Below are positions 1 to 9,582 of a stretch of DNA of 64,000 nt, piece by piece. Under the pieces are notes generated by a model. It saw only the letters and a list, made by a program, of their open reading frames with translations, ran no database searches and was not told the DNA's origin. The DNA comes from Calditrichales bacterium (GTDB lineage Bacteria; Calditrichota; Calditrichia; Calditrichales; J004), in assembly GCA_965267575.1 (NCBI GenBank), contig OZ254086.1:3744001-3808000 (forward strand), read 5' to 3'. The position numbers and the translations under genes were made by a program. Each line of letters starts with the position of its first letter. Within the stretch, counting starts at the first letter, position 1.

Positions 1-1
1 C

Positions 2-1435
2 GTGGACGGCTTCAGCCATTTTCATAAAAACGATTCCCTTTTTGCCCGCATAAACCTGTCCGCGAAAGCCGACGCCTTTATGCCTTTTGATCTGTTACTG
101 CGCGACAGCAGCGGTGATTCTCTTCTTTACCGGGTTAGCCACGATGTTTTTTCGCAACCGCGGCTGGATCGCGCATATCTGAAGCCCTGGCCATTCAACA
201 GCCGCGAATACAGTGTTGATATCCCGCTGAGCAATCGACTCACTTCCGTTGAGATTGATCCCGGCGAAAAGCTGCTGGACGTGAACCGCCTCAACAACCT
301 GAAAGGTGCTGTTCGCACTTATTTGTACACCATGAAACCACAATCTTACGCGCCGCCCACCGACGGCTATATGTGGGAATTGTGGCCCATTGTGTTCTAC
401 AACGATATTGATAAGCTTAAAGCAGGTGCGGGGCTGTACGGCAACTACGTCAACAGCGACCACCTGATCCATCTGAAACTGTGGCTTAACAGCTATACCC
501 AGAAAGCCGATTTTTATGCCGACTACCGCCACCCATTACGCTTTTTGTCGCATTCTTTACGTCAAACTATCAGCGGCTATAAACTGGAGGGGCACGCCGG
601 CGCGAGCCTGTCATGGAGCTTCACAAGAGACGATGCTTCTTATTACAACCTTTTTCTGCGCCACCATTACCACTCCGATCCCCGATATCCTGCATCCGCC
701 TGGGCAAGAGGTACATTTAACAAGATTGGCTTGGAATACAGCCGTGTCAGCAGTCCGCAGGATAACCGCCAAAGTACACGTTTTGACGCGATTATGGAAA
801 ACAGCCTCGCCGGCAGCAAAAGTCACTTTTCAAAGCTGCAGTTAAAATACAGGCACACCTTTTATTCGGAGTTCTGGGACTACAGCTTGTCGCTTTCCGC
901 GCGTTTTGGCATTTCCTCCACAACAACGCCTTTGCAGGAACGCTTTAATCTGGCGGGCGCCAACGGCATGGAAGAATTCGAACACCCGTTATACCGCAGC
1001 AAAGGTACGTTGCCTGTTCATTTTGAACGGGATGGAAATTTTTACATTCCGGACGGGGCAGGGGTGCGCGGAGCATCTTTTGGCGGAAATGCCCTGAATG
1101 TAAATATGGCGGCCGTAAACCTGGACTGGCAATTTCCAAGTCCGCTTGCTGTTTTGCCCTGGCGCCTGTTTAATAAGTTTGATACCGGCCTTTTTGCCGA
1201 CGCCGGAACAGCTTACAACGGGGAAATGCCCGGACTGTCCGCCTGGCAGCGTTCCGTTGGCATAAGCGTTTCCTACAACCAGTTCGGCGTTTTGCGGGAA
1301 ATAAGCGGTCTGGATTTAATCAGGATGGATTTTCCGCTGTGGCTGGAGCACTCCGCCAACTCCACGGAAAAACGCTGGCAGTGGCGCTGGCTGTTATATA
1401 TCGGGCTGGACATTGGTCGCAGCCCTTTTTTCTAG
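2..1435 (+). CDS. 5'-truncated large exported protein: C-terminal part of a probable M1-family aminopeptidase fused to an Omp85/BamA-like beta-barrel
   Basis: ORF open from window start. EIDPGEKLLDVNRLNN is typical of the end of the M1 peptidase region. It is followed by amphipathic beta-strands, LFADAG...SVGISV...IRMDFP and a terminal Phe. Confidence 0.55.
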   Translation: MDGFSHFHKNDSLFARINLSAKADAFMPFDLLLRDSSGDSLLYRVSHDVFSQPRLDRAYLKPWPFNSREYSVDIPLSNRLTSVEIDPGEKLLDVNRLNNLKGAVRTYLYTMKPQSYAPPTDGYMWELWPIVFYNDIDKLKAGAGLYGNYVNSDHLIHLKLWLNSYTQKADFYADYRHPLRFLSHSLRQTISGYKLEGHAGASLSWSFTRDDASYYNLFLRHHYHSDPRYPASAWARGTFNKIGLEYSRVSSPQDNRQSTRFDAIMENSLAGSKSHFSKLQLKYRHTFYSEFWDYSLSLSARFGISSTTTPLQERFNLAGANGMEEFEHPLYRSKGTLPVHFERDGNFYIPDGAGVRGASFGGNALNVNMAAVNLDWQFPSPLAVLPWRLFNKFDTGLFADAGTAYNGEMPGLSAWQRSVGISVSYNQFGVLREISGLDLIRMDFPLWLEHSANSTEKRWQWRWLLYIGLDIGRSPFF

Positions 1436-1437
1436 GC

Positions 1438-2388
1438 TTACAGCTTCAGTTTTTTCATCAGGGAGCGGATTGCCTTTGAGTTTTGCATCACGTAAAAGTG
1501 TATTGAGGGCACATCCTTATTTAAAAGCTCTTCAGATTGCTTCAACGCCCACTCGACACCTATTTCCGCCACGTGCTCATCTTTGGCGGCATCCACTTCT
1601 TCTGTTAGCTCCGCGGGCAGATCTATATAAAAATTGCGCGGCAGGCTTTGCAGATTGCTTTTACGGGTGATAATCTTTAATCCCGGTAAGATAGGCACGG
1701 TAATGCCGGCCGCCCGGCAGGCATCCACGAAGGCAAAGTATTTGCTGTTGTCGAAAAACATTTGCGTTACAATGTACGATGCACCTGCTTCGGCCTTTTT
1801 CTTCAGATAATTGATATCCAGATTAAGGTTTGGCGCCTCGAAATGCTTTTCCGGGTAACCGCCCACACCGATGCAGAAATCAGAAGGCTTGGCGTCCAGC
1901 AGATTCTCTTCCAGATAATTGCCGCGGTTCATATCGGCAACCTGCCTTACAAGGTCGATGGCATATTCGTTGGCGCTGCGTCCGTCCCTTAGGGGCTTCT
2001 GATAGCCGCTGTCATCACCGCGCACGGCAAGCACATTCTCAATTTCCAGATACTGCAGGTCAATCAGGAAATCTTCTGTCTCTTCGCGCGTAAAGCCGCG
2101 GCAGAGGATATGCGGCACGGCGTCGATGTTATACTTTTTCTGGATCAGCGCGCAGATGCCGATGGTGCCCGGTCGTTTGCGCTTTACCTTTTTGCGGATG
2201 CCCTGAGGCGTTTCCTCATAATAGACTTCCGCGGCGTGGCTTGTAATGTCGATGAAGGGCGGGTTATATTTGGCCAGGTCATCAACAAGCTGCAGCAGGC
2301 TTTTAATATCACCACCGCGGCGCGGGGGAATAATTTCAAAACTGATCAGGGGTGAACTGGCGCGTTCAAGATGTTCTATTACTTTCAT
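1438..2388 (-). CDS. metF: 5,10-methylenetetrahydrofolate reductase
   Basis: SFEIIPP, VPHILCRG, LAVRGD, GGYPEKH, IVTQMFFD and IHFYVM motifs. Confidence 0.95.
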   Translation of the reverse strand: MKVIEHLERASSPLISFEIIPPRRGGDIKSLLQLVDDLAKYNPPFIDITSHAAEVYYEETPQGIRKKVKRKRPGTIGICALIQKKYNIDAVPHILCRGFTREETEDFLIDLQYLEIENVLAVRGDDSGYQKPLRDGRSANEYAIDLVRQVADMNRGNYLEENLLDAKPSDFCIGVGGYPEKHFEAPNLNLDINYLKKKAEAGASYIVTQMFFDNSKYFAFVDACRAAGITVPILPGLKIITRKSNLQSLPRNFYIDLPAELTEEVDAAKDEHVAEIGVEWALKQSEELLNKDVPSIHFYVMQNSKAIRSLMKKLKL

Positions 2389-2567
2389 TACAACCTGTCT
2401 TTGTAAAAATTATTAAGATAACCAAAATTTATCTTATAAAAAAACCGAAATAGCTCTGCAAATCCTTACAAATTTAAAGAATAGGCGAATTTTTGCGAAT
2501 GTTTACGAGCATCATACCGTGCTTCTTTTGTACATTAAAAATTCATTTGTAAAACGGAGAATATTTT

Positions 2568-3602
2568 ATGGCTAAAAACGAGCAAAAAAAGGAAACATAT
2601 AAAATCACATTATTGCCGGGAGATGGCATCGGACCGGAAGTGACCTCAGCGGCACGCAAGGTTATCGCGGCGGCCGGTGTCGTCATCGACTGGGAAATTA
2701 TGGATGCCGGTGCAGGCGCCGTAGAAAAGTACAATACCACGCTTCCCGATGAAACAGTCGAAAGTATACGTAAAAACAAGATCGCTTTGAAGGGGCCGCT
2801 TACAACCCCTATTGGCGGCGGTTTTGCGTCCGTAAACGTGCAGTTGCGCAAAACGCTGGATCTTTATTCCAACGTGCGTCCCGTGCGCTCTTCGATGGGG
2901 CTTTCGTTCCATCACAATCCCGTGGACCTGGTCATTTTTCGTGAAAACACGGAAGACCTGTACGCCGGCTTGGAATATGAGATCGCGCCCGGCGTAACCC
3001 AAAGTCTGAAAATTATAACCGAAAAAGCCTCCAAACGTATAGCCCGCGCGGCTTTTGAATGGGCCCACAAAAATAACCGTCACCTGGTGCATGCTGTTCA
3101 CAAGGCAAATATTATGAAAAAAAGTGACGGTCTTTTTCTGGAGAGCGTAAGAAAGGTCGCCGCTGATTACCCCAACATCACCTATAAAGAAATTATTGTG
3201 GATAATTGCGCTATGCAGATGGTGATGCACCCGGAACAGTTTGATGTCGTCGTTCTGGGCAATCTCTACGGGGACATTATCTCGGACCTCGCGGCCGGCC
3301 TGGTAGGTGGATTGGGCGTCGTGCCCGGCGCCAACATCGGCGATGAGGTTGCCGTTTTTGAATCGGTACACGGCAGCGCGCCGGACATAGCAGGGAAAGG
3401 CGTCGCCAATCCGTTGGCTACAATCCTTTCGGCAAACATGATGCTGCGGTATATGGGACTTGAAAAAGAGGCTGACCGTATCCGCGCGGCCACGGTTCTG
3501 TTCCTTTCCGAGAAAAAACACCTGACACCGGACCTGGGCGGCAACGCGACCACCGACGAAATGGTGGAAGGGTTGATAGAAAAAATAAAGCTTCTGCGAT
3601 AA
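2568..3602 (+). CDS. icd: NAD-dependent isocitrate dehydrogenase (isocitrate/isopropylmalate dehydrogenase family)
   Basis: LLPGDGIGPEV, KGPLTTP..SVNVQLRK, RENTEDLY, HKANIMK, NLYGDIISD and HGSAPDIAGK (Asp suggests NAD). Confidence 0.8.
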   Translation: MAKNEQKKETYKITLLPGDGIGPEVTSAARKVIAAAGVVIDWEIMDAGAGAVEKYNTTLPDETVESIRKNKIALKGPLTTPIGGGFASVNVQLRKTLDLYSNVRPVRSSMGLSFHHNPVDLVIFRENTEDLYAGLEYEIAPGVTQSLKIITEKASKRIARAAFEWAHKNNRHLVHAVHKANIMKKSDGLFLESVRKVAADYPNITYKEIIVDNCAMQMVMHPEQFDVVVLGNLYGDIISDLAAGLVGGLGVVPGANIGDEVAVFESVHGSAPDIAGKGVANPLATILSANMMLRYMGLEKEADRIRAATVLFLSEKKHLTPDLGGNATTDEMVEGLIEKIKLLR

Positions 3603-3624
3603 ACAAAAATTTACAGGAACAAGG

Positions 3625-4791
3625 ATGATTCGTTATCTGACCGCCGGGGAATCACACGGACCCGGCTTAACGGCCATTGTGGAAGGCTTACCCGCAAATG
3701 TGCCTCTCGAAATTGAGCGCATAAACCACGAACTGCACCGCCGTCAGCAAGGCTACGGCCGGGGACGGCGCCAGCAAATTGAGAAAGACCGCATCGAAAT
3801 TCTAGGTGGTGTCCGTTTTCGCAAAACCCTGGGCAGCCCGGTAAGCTTTCTGCTTCGCAACCGTGACTGGAAAAACTGGACCGAGATTATGGCTATCGAG
3901 GATGGCGTGCCCAAGAAAGAGGTTACCAAACCGCGTCCGGGACATGCCGATCTTTCCGGTGCGCTAAAGTACGATTTTGAAGATATGCGCAATGTCCTGG
4001 AGCGCTCCAGCGCCAGGGAAACGGCCATGCGCGTTGCCGCCGGCGCTTTTGTCCGCGAGCTTCTTTATGCCTTTAACATCCGCATATTTTCACATGTTGT
4101 GGAACTGGGTCCGGTTCGCGCAAACCGTGACAAAGCAAAAGATGTGCTGATCACCGATGATATCAACGAAGTTGCCGACGCCTCCCCCGTGCGCTGCCTT
4201 GACAAAATAGCCGAAAAAGAGATCATCGCAACGATCGACAAAGCCAAGAAAGACGGTGATACGCTCGGGGGCATTATCGAAGTGATCATTCGCGGAGTAC
4301 CCCCCGGTCTTGGCAGCTACGTTCAATGGGACCGCAAACTGGACGGGCAGCTGGCCCAGGCGCTCATTTCGATCCAGGCGGTTAAAGGTGTGGAGTTTGG
4401 TCTCGGTTTTAATACGGCGCGCACAGCCGGTTCATCCGCCCATGATGAGATTTTCTGGGAAAAAGGGCGGGGCTTCTATCACAAGACAAATAACGCGGGC
4501 GGTATTGAAGGCGGCATGTCCACCGGTGAGGATATCATTATCCGGATGGCCAAAAAGCCGATCCCTACTTTGATGAAGCCGTTACACAGCGTGGACATAA
4601 AAACCAAAGAGAGCTACAAGGCCCACATCGAACGCAGCGATGTAACCGCCGTACCTGCCTGCGCGGTCATCGCCGAAGCTGTTGTGGCGCCGGTTATTGC
4701 CAACGCCTTCTTGGAAAAATTTGGTGGTGATACACTGGAAGATATAAGGAAGAATTACGAATCGTATCTTGATCGCTTAAAAAATAGCTGA
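3625..4791 (+). CDS. aroC: chorismate synthase
   Basis: TAGESHG, RPGHAD, ERSSARETA, NNAGGIEGGMS and KPIPT motifs. Confidence 0.97.
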   Translation: MIRYLTAGESHGPGLTAIVEGLPANVPLEIERINHELHRRQQGYGRGRRQQIEKDRIEILGGVRFRKTLGSPVSFLLRNRDWKNWTEIMAIEDGVPKKEVTKPRPGHADLSGALKYDFEDMRNVLERSSARETAMRVAAGAFVRELLYAFNIRIFSHVVELGPVRANRDKAKDVLITDDINEVADASPVRCLDKIAEKEIIATIDKAKKDGDTLGGIIEVIIRGVPPGLGSYVQWDRKLDGQLAQALISIQAVKGVEFGLGFNTARTAGSSAHDEIFWEKGRGFYHKTNNAGGIEGGMSTGEDIIIRMAKKPIPTLMKPLHSVDIKTKESYKAHIERSDVTAVPACAVIAEAVVAPVIANAFLEKFGGDTLEDIRKNYESYLDRLKNS

Positions 4792-4792
4792 T

Positions 4793-4824
4793 AAAAAAAC
4801 AGCCGCGATATCAGCGGCTGTTTT
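4793..4824. terminator. bidirectional intrinsic terminator between convergent aroC and TPR gene
   Basis: AAAACAGCCGC-gatatca-GCGGCTGTTTT hairpin with A-run upstream and T-run downstream. Confidence 0.75.
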
Positions 4825-6625
4825 CAATGCGTGCGAGAAGTTGCTTGGCTTCCGCATTTCCCGGGTTCCGGGATAAAATATTTCTCAGAATATTCGCTGC
4901 TTTGCCGTTTTGCCCCTGCGCTCTGAATACCTTTGCCAGCACCAGGTTCGATGTGGGATCATTGGGATTGCGACGGATTTTCTCATCCAGGTCGGCCATA
5001 AAAATATCCAGAACGTTACGGTATTGGTGCTCCGGACCCAACGTGGGCTGGCGGACAAAAATGGCAGGCTCCAGGTAAAACACTTTTTTATATTGTTCGA
5101 TCGCATCCTGCAGGCGGCCGGTTTTTTCGTACACTTCTGCCAGCTTCATGTGGGCGCGAATCAATTTGGGCTCAATGATGATCGTTGCTTTAAAATAGCG
5201 CTCCGCCTGGTCCAGCTTGCCCATTTCAAGATAAGTGAGCGCCAGGTTAAATGTGGCCTGCATAAAACCGGGACGCGCCTGTGATGCTTTGGTAAAGGCA
5301 TCCACCATGTCTTCGTAAACTGTGCGCCTCTTGATAGGGTCTATCGCCGAAGACTTATCAAATTTCTTTTCAACAACTGCTTCACGGCCGCTGTTATCTT
5401 CTTCAAGCAGATCAAGAAACGCTTCTACCAGTTCTTCCAGAACAGCCTGTTTATAAATTGTAACACCTTTCATAAAGTGCGCTACGGCGTTGTTCGGGTC
5501 CATGCGCAAGATCGTTTCAAACTCATTGAGCGCGTTGTAATAGATATTACTGCGGTAGTAGATCTCGCCTAATGTTTGGTGATAGCGGACGTTTTCCGGG
5601 TCAAGCTCAACGGCCCGGCGGTAATTATTGATCGATCCCCGAATATTATTCTGGGCAACAATCAGATTGCCCATTTCAAAATGAAAAGGAGCGTAATCGG
5701 GGTTTATGGCCAGACCTTCATCCAGGTAGCGCTGTGCTTCCCGCAGGTCGTTTTGCCGTATGCTGATCTTACCTAAATAATAATAGGGCTTATAGTCATT
5801 GGGATTCAGCTCAATCACTTTCTTAAAATCTTCAATGGCCTGATCGTATCGTTTTTGTTTTTCAAAGATCAAACCGCGGCCGTAATAGGGCTTATCGAAG
5901 TTGGGCAGGGCGCGGATGATGCGGTTGAATTGATCAAGTGATTGATCATACTGGCCGGTATTAAAATAGACGATGCCCAGGTTATAATAGGCCTCCCAAA
6001 AATCGCTGTCTTCGCTTATGGCCTGGCGGAAAAGGGTAATAACCAGGTTTTCATTGGGGTTAGGCCGATTGTTTTCTATGTAAGCTTTAATAAAACTTTC
6101 GAAAGCGCGCGGACTGTCAGTCAGTGTGCGGCCCAGCATGCGTCTTTCTGCGCCCGAAACGGGTACACCGGCGATGAGGATAAGCTGATCAACAATCTGG
6201 CTGGCTACGTCGTTAAGAGAGGAATTGCTTGCGCTGATATTCTCACTAAAAATCATCCGTCCGTTTGCCGTGTTGTGATAATATATGCTGAAGTTCAGTT
6301 GTTGCGCGTTGCCGCTGTAGTTCCCGGAGACGGTCACATCAGCACCGGAGATACGGCCAAGCTGACTGGCATTGCGCTCATCCAGAACACCGGGCCGGAC
6401 ACCAAGTTCATCCATCACACGCGCGATAGCCTGCCGCTCTACCGGCTGAAAACCGGAGAGAACGGAAAGCTTATTGGAAGTAAGATACTCCACCCCGCTG
6501 GCAACCCAGCTGAGATCTCCGCCCGCGTTATTCTCCAGGGGCAGCAAGGCTACTTTTCGCTTGTCCTGGGCAAAATGGAAGGATATTGTTAATAATACGA
6601 AAATAGAAATGAGTTTAATTTTCAT
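4811..6625 (-). CDS. exported TPR protein with N-terminal CsgG/TolB-N-like domain
   Basis: Signal-peptide-like MKIKLISIFVLL.. at 6625 (ORF track starts at 6685). VALLPLEN..VERQAI..ASQLGRISGAD N-domain, then about 10 TPR repeats. Confidence 0.75.
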   Translation of the reverse strand: MKIKLISIFVLLTISFHFAQDKRKVALLPLENNAGGDLSWVASGVEYLTSNKLSVLSGFQPVERQAIARVMDELGVRPGVLDERNASQLGRISGADVTVSGNYSGNAQQLNFSIYYHNTANGRMIFSENISASNSSLNDVASQIVDQLILIAGVPVSGAERRMLGRTLTDSPRAFESFIKAYIENNRPNPNENLVITLFRQAISEDSDFWEAYYNLGIVYFNTGQYDQSLDQFNRIIRALPNFDKPYYGRGLIFEKQKRYDQAIEDFKKVIELNPNDYKPYYYLGKISIRQNDLREAQRYLDEGLAINPDYAPFHFEMGNLIVAQNNIRGSINNYRRAVELDPENVRYHQTLGEIYYRSNIYYNALNEFETILRMDPNNAVAHFMKGVTIYKQAVLEELVEAFLDLLEEDNSGREAVVEKKFDKSSAIDPIKRRTVYEDMVDAFTKASQARPGFMQATFNLALTYLEMGKLDQAERYFKATIIIEPKLIRAHMKLAEVYEKTGRLQDAIEQYKKVFYLEPAIFVRQPTLGPEHQYRNVLDIFMADLDEKIRRNPNDPTSNLVLAKVFRAQGQNGKAANILRNILSRNPGNAEAKQLLARIENSR

Positions 6626-6850
6626 TCTGCGTTCCGCTATTGCACCTATTATTATTTGCTTACTGATTCGGATTTCCAGGACCAATGCTTAAAATTTTTA
6701 ACATAGTTAAAGCATATCGGTCGGTCTTTTTGCGACGAGCCAAAATAATAAAAAGCCTCTTTTTAACAAAGCTTAACTTTTCATTAGATAAAAAATTGTC
6801 GCTGTCATCACATCGGATCGCCGGCTTTGAATTTTTGATGACATTGCGGG

Positions 6851-8212
6851 TCAGTGAGTTCCCAAAAATTCAATCAAATCGATCTTGGTCAGGATATCGA
6901 CAATTTTTCCGTTTTCCTGAACGAGAACGGCACTTTCTCCATTTTTAATTTTGCTGACCGCCTCCTGGATCGCCGCATCCTTTTGCAGAACGGTAACATG
7001 CGTCTGCACCATATTCACGATCGGATCATGCAAGCCGGCGCTGCCTTGTGTAAGGTGCTGTAAAATGGCGTTTTCCGTAATCAGCCCGATAAATTCACCC
7101 TCATCGATCACCGGCATTTGCGAAATGTTGTGCTTTTTGAGCTTGTCAATCACTTCCTTCACCGAGCTTTGACTATTTGTTGTTTCGAGCTGCCGGCCGT
7201 TACGACTTACGTCGCCGACCGAGCCGTGCATACTGCTTTGCATATAGCCCTTATCGCGCATCCACTCATCGCTGAAGAATTTGGACATATAGCGAAAACC
7301 CGTGTCGGGCAGAATGGTAACAATCTTTTTATCCGGCGGTAAGCTGTTGGCTACCTGCAAAGCGCCCCAAACCGCGGCGCCACTGGAACCACCGGCGAAT
7401 ATGCCTTCCTTTTGTGCCAGCGCCCGGGCCACTTCAAAACCGTCTTTGTCCGATACCTGGATAATGTCATCCACAACATTAAAATCCATGGCGTCCACCA
7501 TCATGTCTTCACCAATGCCTTCAAGCTGATAAACGTGCGGTTCACCCGGTTTGCCTTTTTTAAAGTAGTCGTAAAAAACAGAGCCTTCCGGATCCACGGC
7601 GATTACTTTTATTTTGGGATTCTTTTCCTTGAGATAGCGCGCCGTTCCGCTGAGCGTGCCACCCGTACCGATACCGGCCACCAGGTAATCGATGTCACCG
7701 TCCATTTGCTCCCATATCTCCGGGCCGGTGGTTTTGTAATGCGCTTCGGGATTAGCCGCGTTATTGTACTGGTTAACGTAGAATGAATTTTCGGTGCCTT
7801 TATAGATTCTTTTTGCTGTTTCATAATAGCTTTGCGGGGATTCCGCGGGAACGTTGGTCGGGGTGACCACCACTTTGGCGCCAAAAGATTTCATAAAATT
7901 GATTTTTTCGCTGCTCATTTTGTCGGGGATGGTAAAAATCGCCTTGTAATCTTTAACAGCGGCAACCATTGCCAGGCCAGCGCCGGTGTTTCCGGAGGTA
8001 TTCTCTACAATCGTGCCCCCGGGCTTTAGCTCTTTTTCTTCTTCCGCTTTATTAATGATGTGCAGGGCAATGCGGTCTTTAATGCTTCCGGCGGGATTGA
8101 GATACTCCAGCTTAGCGTAAATGGCTGCGTGTTTGTCCGAACCCAGCCGGTTAAGTTTAACAATAGGTGTATTGCCAATTAATTCAAGAATATTGTTATA
8201 GACATTTTTCAT
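6851..8212 (-). CDS. cystathionine beta-synthase / cysteine synthase family PLP enzyme with C-terminal CBS domain pair
   Basis: IGNTPIV, KLEYLNPAGSIKDR, TSGNTG, GIGTGGT, EGIG, and C-terminal ISQMPV and ILTKIDL CBS repeats. ATG at 8212 has a GGAG SD. Confidence 0.9.
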   Translation of the reverse strand: MKNVYNNILELIGNTPIVKLNRLGSDKHAAIYAKLEYLNPAGSIKDRIALHIINKAEEEKELKPGGTIVENTSGNTGAGLAMVAAVKDYKAIFTIPDKMSSEKINFMKSFGAKVVVTPTNVPAESPQSYYETAKRIYKGTENSFYVNQYNNAANPEAHYKTTGPEIWEQMDGDIDYLVAGIGTGGTLSGTARYLKEKNPKIKVIAVDPEGSVFYDYFKKGKPGEPHVYQLEGIGEDMMVDAMDFNVVDDIIQVSDKDGFEVARALAQKEGIFAGGSSGAAVWGALQVANSLPPDKKIVTILPDTGFRYMSKFFSDEWMRDKGYMQSSMHGSVGDVSRNGRQLETTNSQSSVKEVIDKLKKHNISQMPVIDEGEFIGLITENAILQHLTQGSAGLHDPIVNMVQTHVTVLQKDAAIQEAVSKIKNGESAVLVQENGKIVDILTKIDLIEFLGTH

Positions 8213-8337
8213 AAGCAGCTCCATATTTGAAAAGTTTGTAATGTAAATAAAAACCAACCAATAGATGCAAATTAATCATCCCGATTTGTTGATATAATTG
8301 ACTCACACCTGTAAGTTTACGCCTTTATAAAATCCAT

Positions 8338-9570
8338 GTGGATATTTTATCCTTGAATAAAACATACGATCTGATCATTGTTGGCGCCGGGCCTGCCGGT
8401 ACGAGTGCCGCTCTTTACGCCAGGCAACACGGCCTTTCCGCGTTGCTTTTGGAAAAAGAAAGTTTCCCGCGTGATAAAATTTGCGGCGACGCCATTTCCG
8501 GCAAATCGATGACGATCCTCCAGGAGCTTGGCCTACTGGATGAAGTTCAGAAACTGCCGGGCGCGTTGATCGAATCGATCCTGTTTGGCAGCCCCGCCAG
8601 CTATTTCACGCAAATAGGTTTAATGGGGGACAAGCGCAAAGGTGTTCCGTCGGGTCTGGTTATTCGCCGCGAAATATTCGATACCTTTCTTTTTAATAAA
8701 GCTTCCGAAACATGCGACACTCTGCAAAATTTCAAAGTGCGCGACATCGAGATTGATGACGACAGTGTTAAGGTTAGCGGTGTTGACAGCAGCGGCGGTA
8801 ACCGGGCTTTTAGCGGCAGGATCGCCATTGGCGCCGACGGCTTTAATTCAATCATCGCCCGCAAAATGGGCCTTTACCGCCATGAACCCGAGCACTGGGT
8901 GGTAGCGCTGCGTCAGTATTGGCGTAATGTGGAGATGACCGGCGACTGCATTGAGATCCACTACACAAAAACGACGCAGCCGGGCTATTTCTGGATTTTT
9001 CCATTGGAAAACGGAATGGCCAACGTTGGTGTCGGTATGCTGCATAAAACGATCAAAGAAAAAAATATTGATCTTAAAGACGTACTCAAGCAGACCATAA
9101 ACTCCCAGGATTTTGCCGCAAGGTTTAAAAATGCTGAAAAGCTCGAAGAACCGCGCGGCTGGAATCTGCCTGTTGGCAGTACACACCGCATTAACCACGG
9201 CAAGCGCTTTATGCTGCTGGGCGACGCGGCCGGACTGATCGATCCCTTTACGGGGGAAGGTATCGGGAACGCGCTTTTCTCTGCAAAATATGCCGTGGAG
9301 ACGGCTGCCGCCGCCATTAAGCAAAATGACTTTAGTATGGCAAAACTGGCCGTGTACGACAAACTTATCTGGGACAGGCTGGGCAACGAGCTCTCCGTAA
9401 GCACGCGTTTGCAAAAGGTCGGGCGCATAAAACTGCTGCTGGATTTTGTGATCGGCAAGGCGCAGCGCAATCCGGAAGTGCGCGACATCATTAGCGGCAT
9501 GATGAGCAACGCCATTCCCAAGAAACAGCTGGCTAATCCGCTGTTTTACCTAAAACTTCTGTTTACCTAA
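8338..9570 (+). CDS. geranylgeranyl reductase family FAD oxidoreductase
   Basis: GAGPAG, FPRDKICGDA, GADG, GYFWIFP and LGDAAGLIDPFTGEGI motifs. Confidence 0.88.
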   Translation: MDILSLNKTYDLIIVGAGPAGTSAALYARQHGLSALLLEKESFPRDKICGDAISGKSMTILQELGLLDEVQKLPGALIESILFGSPASYFTQIGLMGDKRKGVPSGLVIRREIFDTFLFNKASETCDTLQNFKVRDIEIDDDSVKVSGVDSSGGNRAFSGRIAIGADGFNSIIARKMGLYRHEPEHWVVALRQYWRNVEMTGDCIEIHYTKTTQPGYFWIFPLENGMANVGVGMLHKTIKEKNIDLKDVLKQTINSQDFAARFKNAEKLEEPRGWNLPVGSTHRINHGKRFMLLGDAAGLIDPFTGEGIGNALFSAKYAVETAAAAIKQNDFSMAKLAVYDKLIWDRLGNELSVSTRLQKVGRIKLLLDFVIGKAQRNPEVRDIISGMMSNAIPKKQLANPLFYLKLLFT

Positions 9571-9582
9571 AAAGGGGTTACC

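Noticed and set aside
2389..2567. Possible SAM riboswitch upstream of metF
   Set aside because: AT-rich divergent promoter region with no SAM-I/II core or terminator visible.
2646..3521. 291-aa antisense ORF over icd (similar long shadows at 16397-17215, 21008-21937, 38516-39484, 54162-55079)
   Set aside because: Each lies fully opposite a well-conserved gene, has no recognisable motifs, and is expected from codon bias.
6685..6948. 87-aa + strand ORF between the TPR and CBS genes
   Set aside because: Covers an AT-rich intergenic region and overlaps the CBS gene end. No SD and no protein-like motifs.
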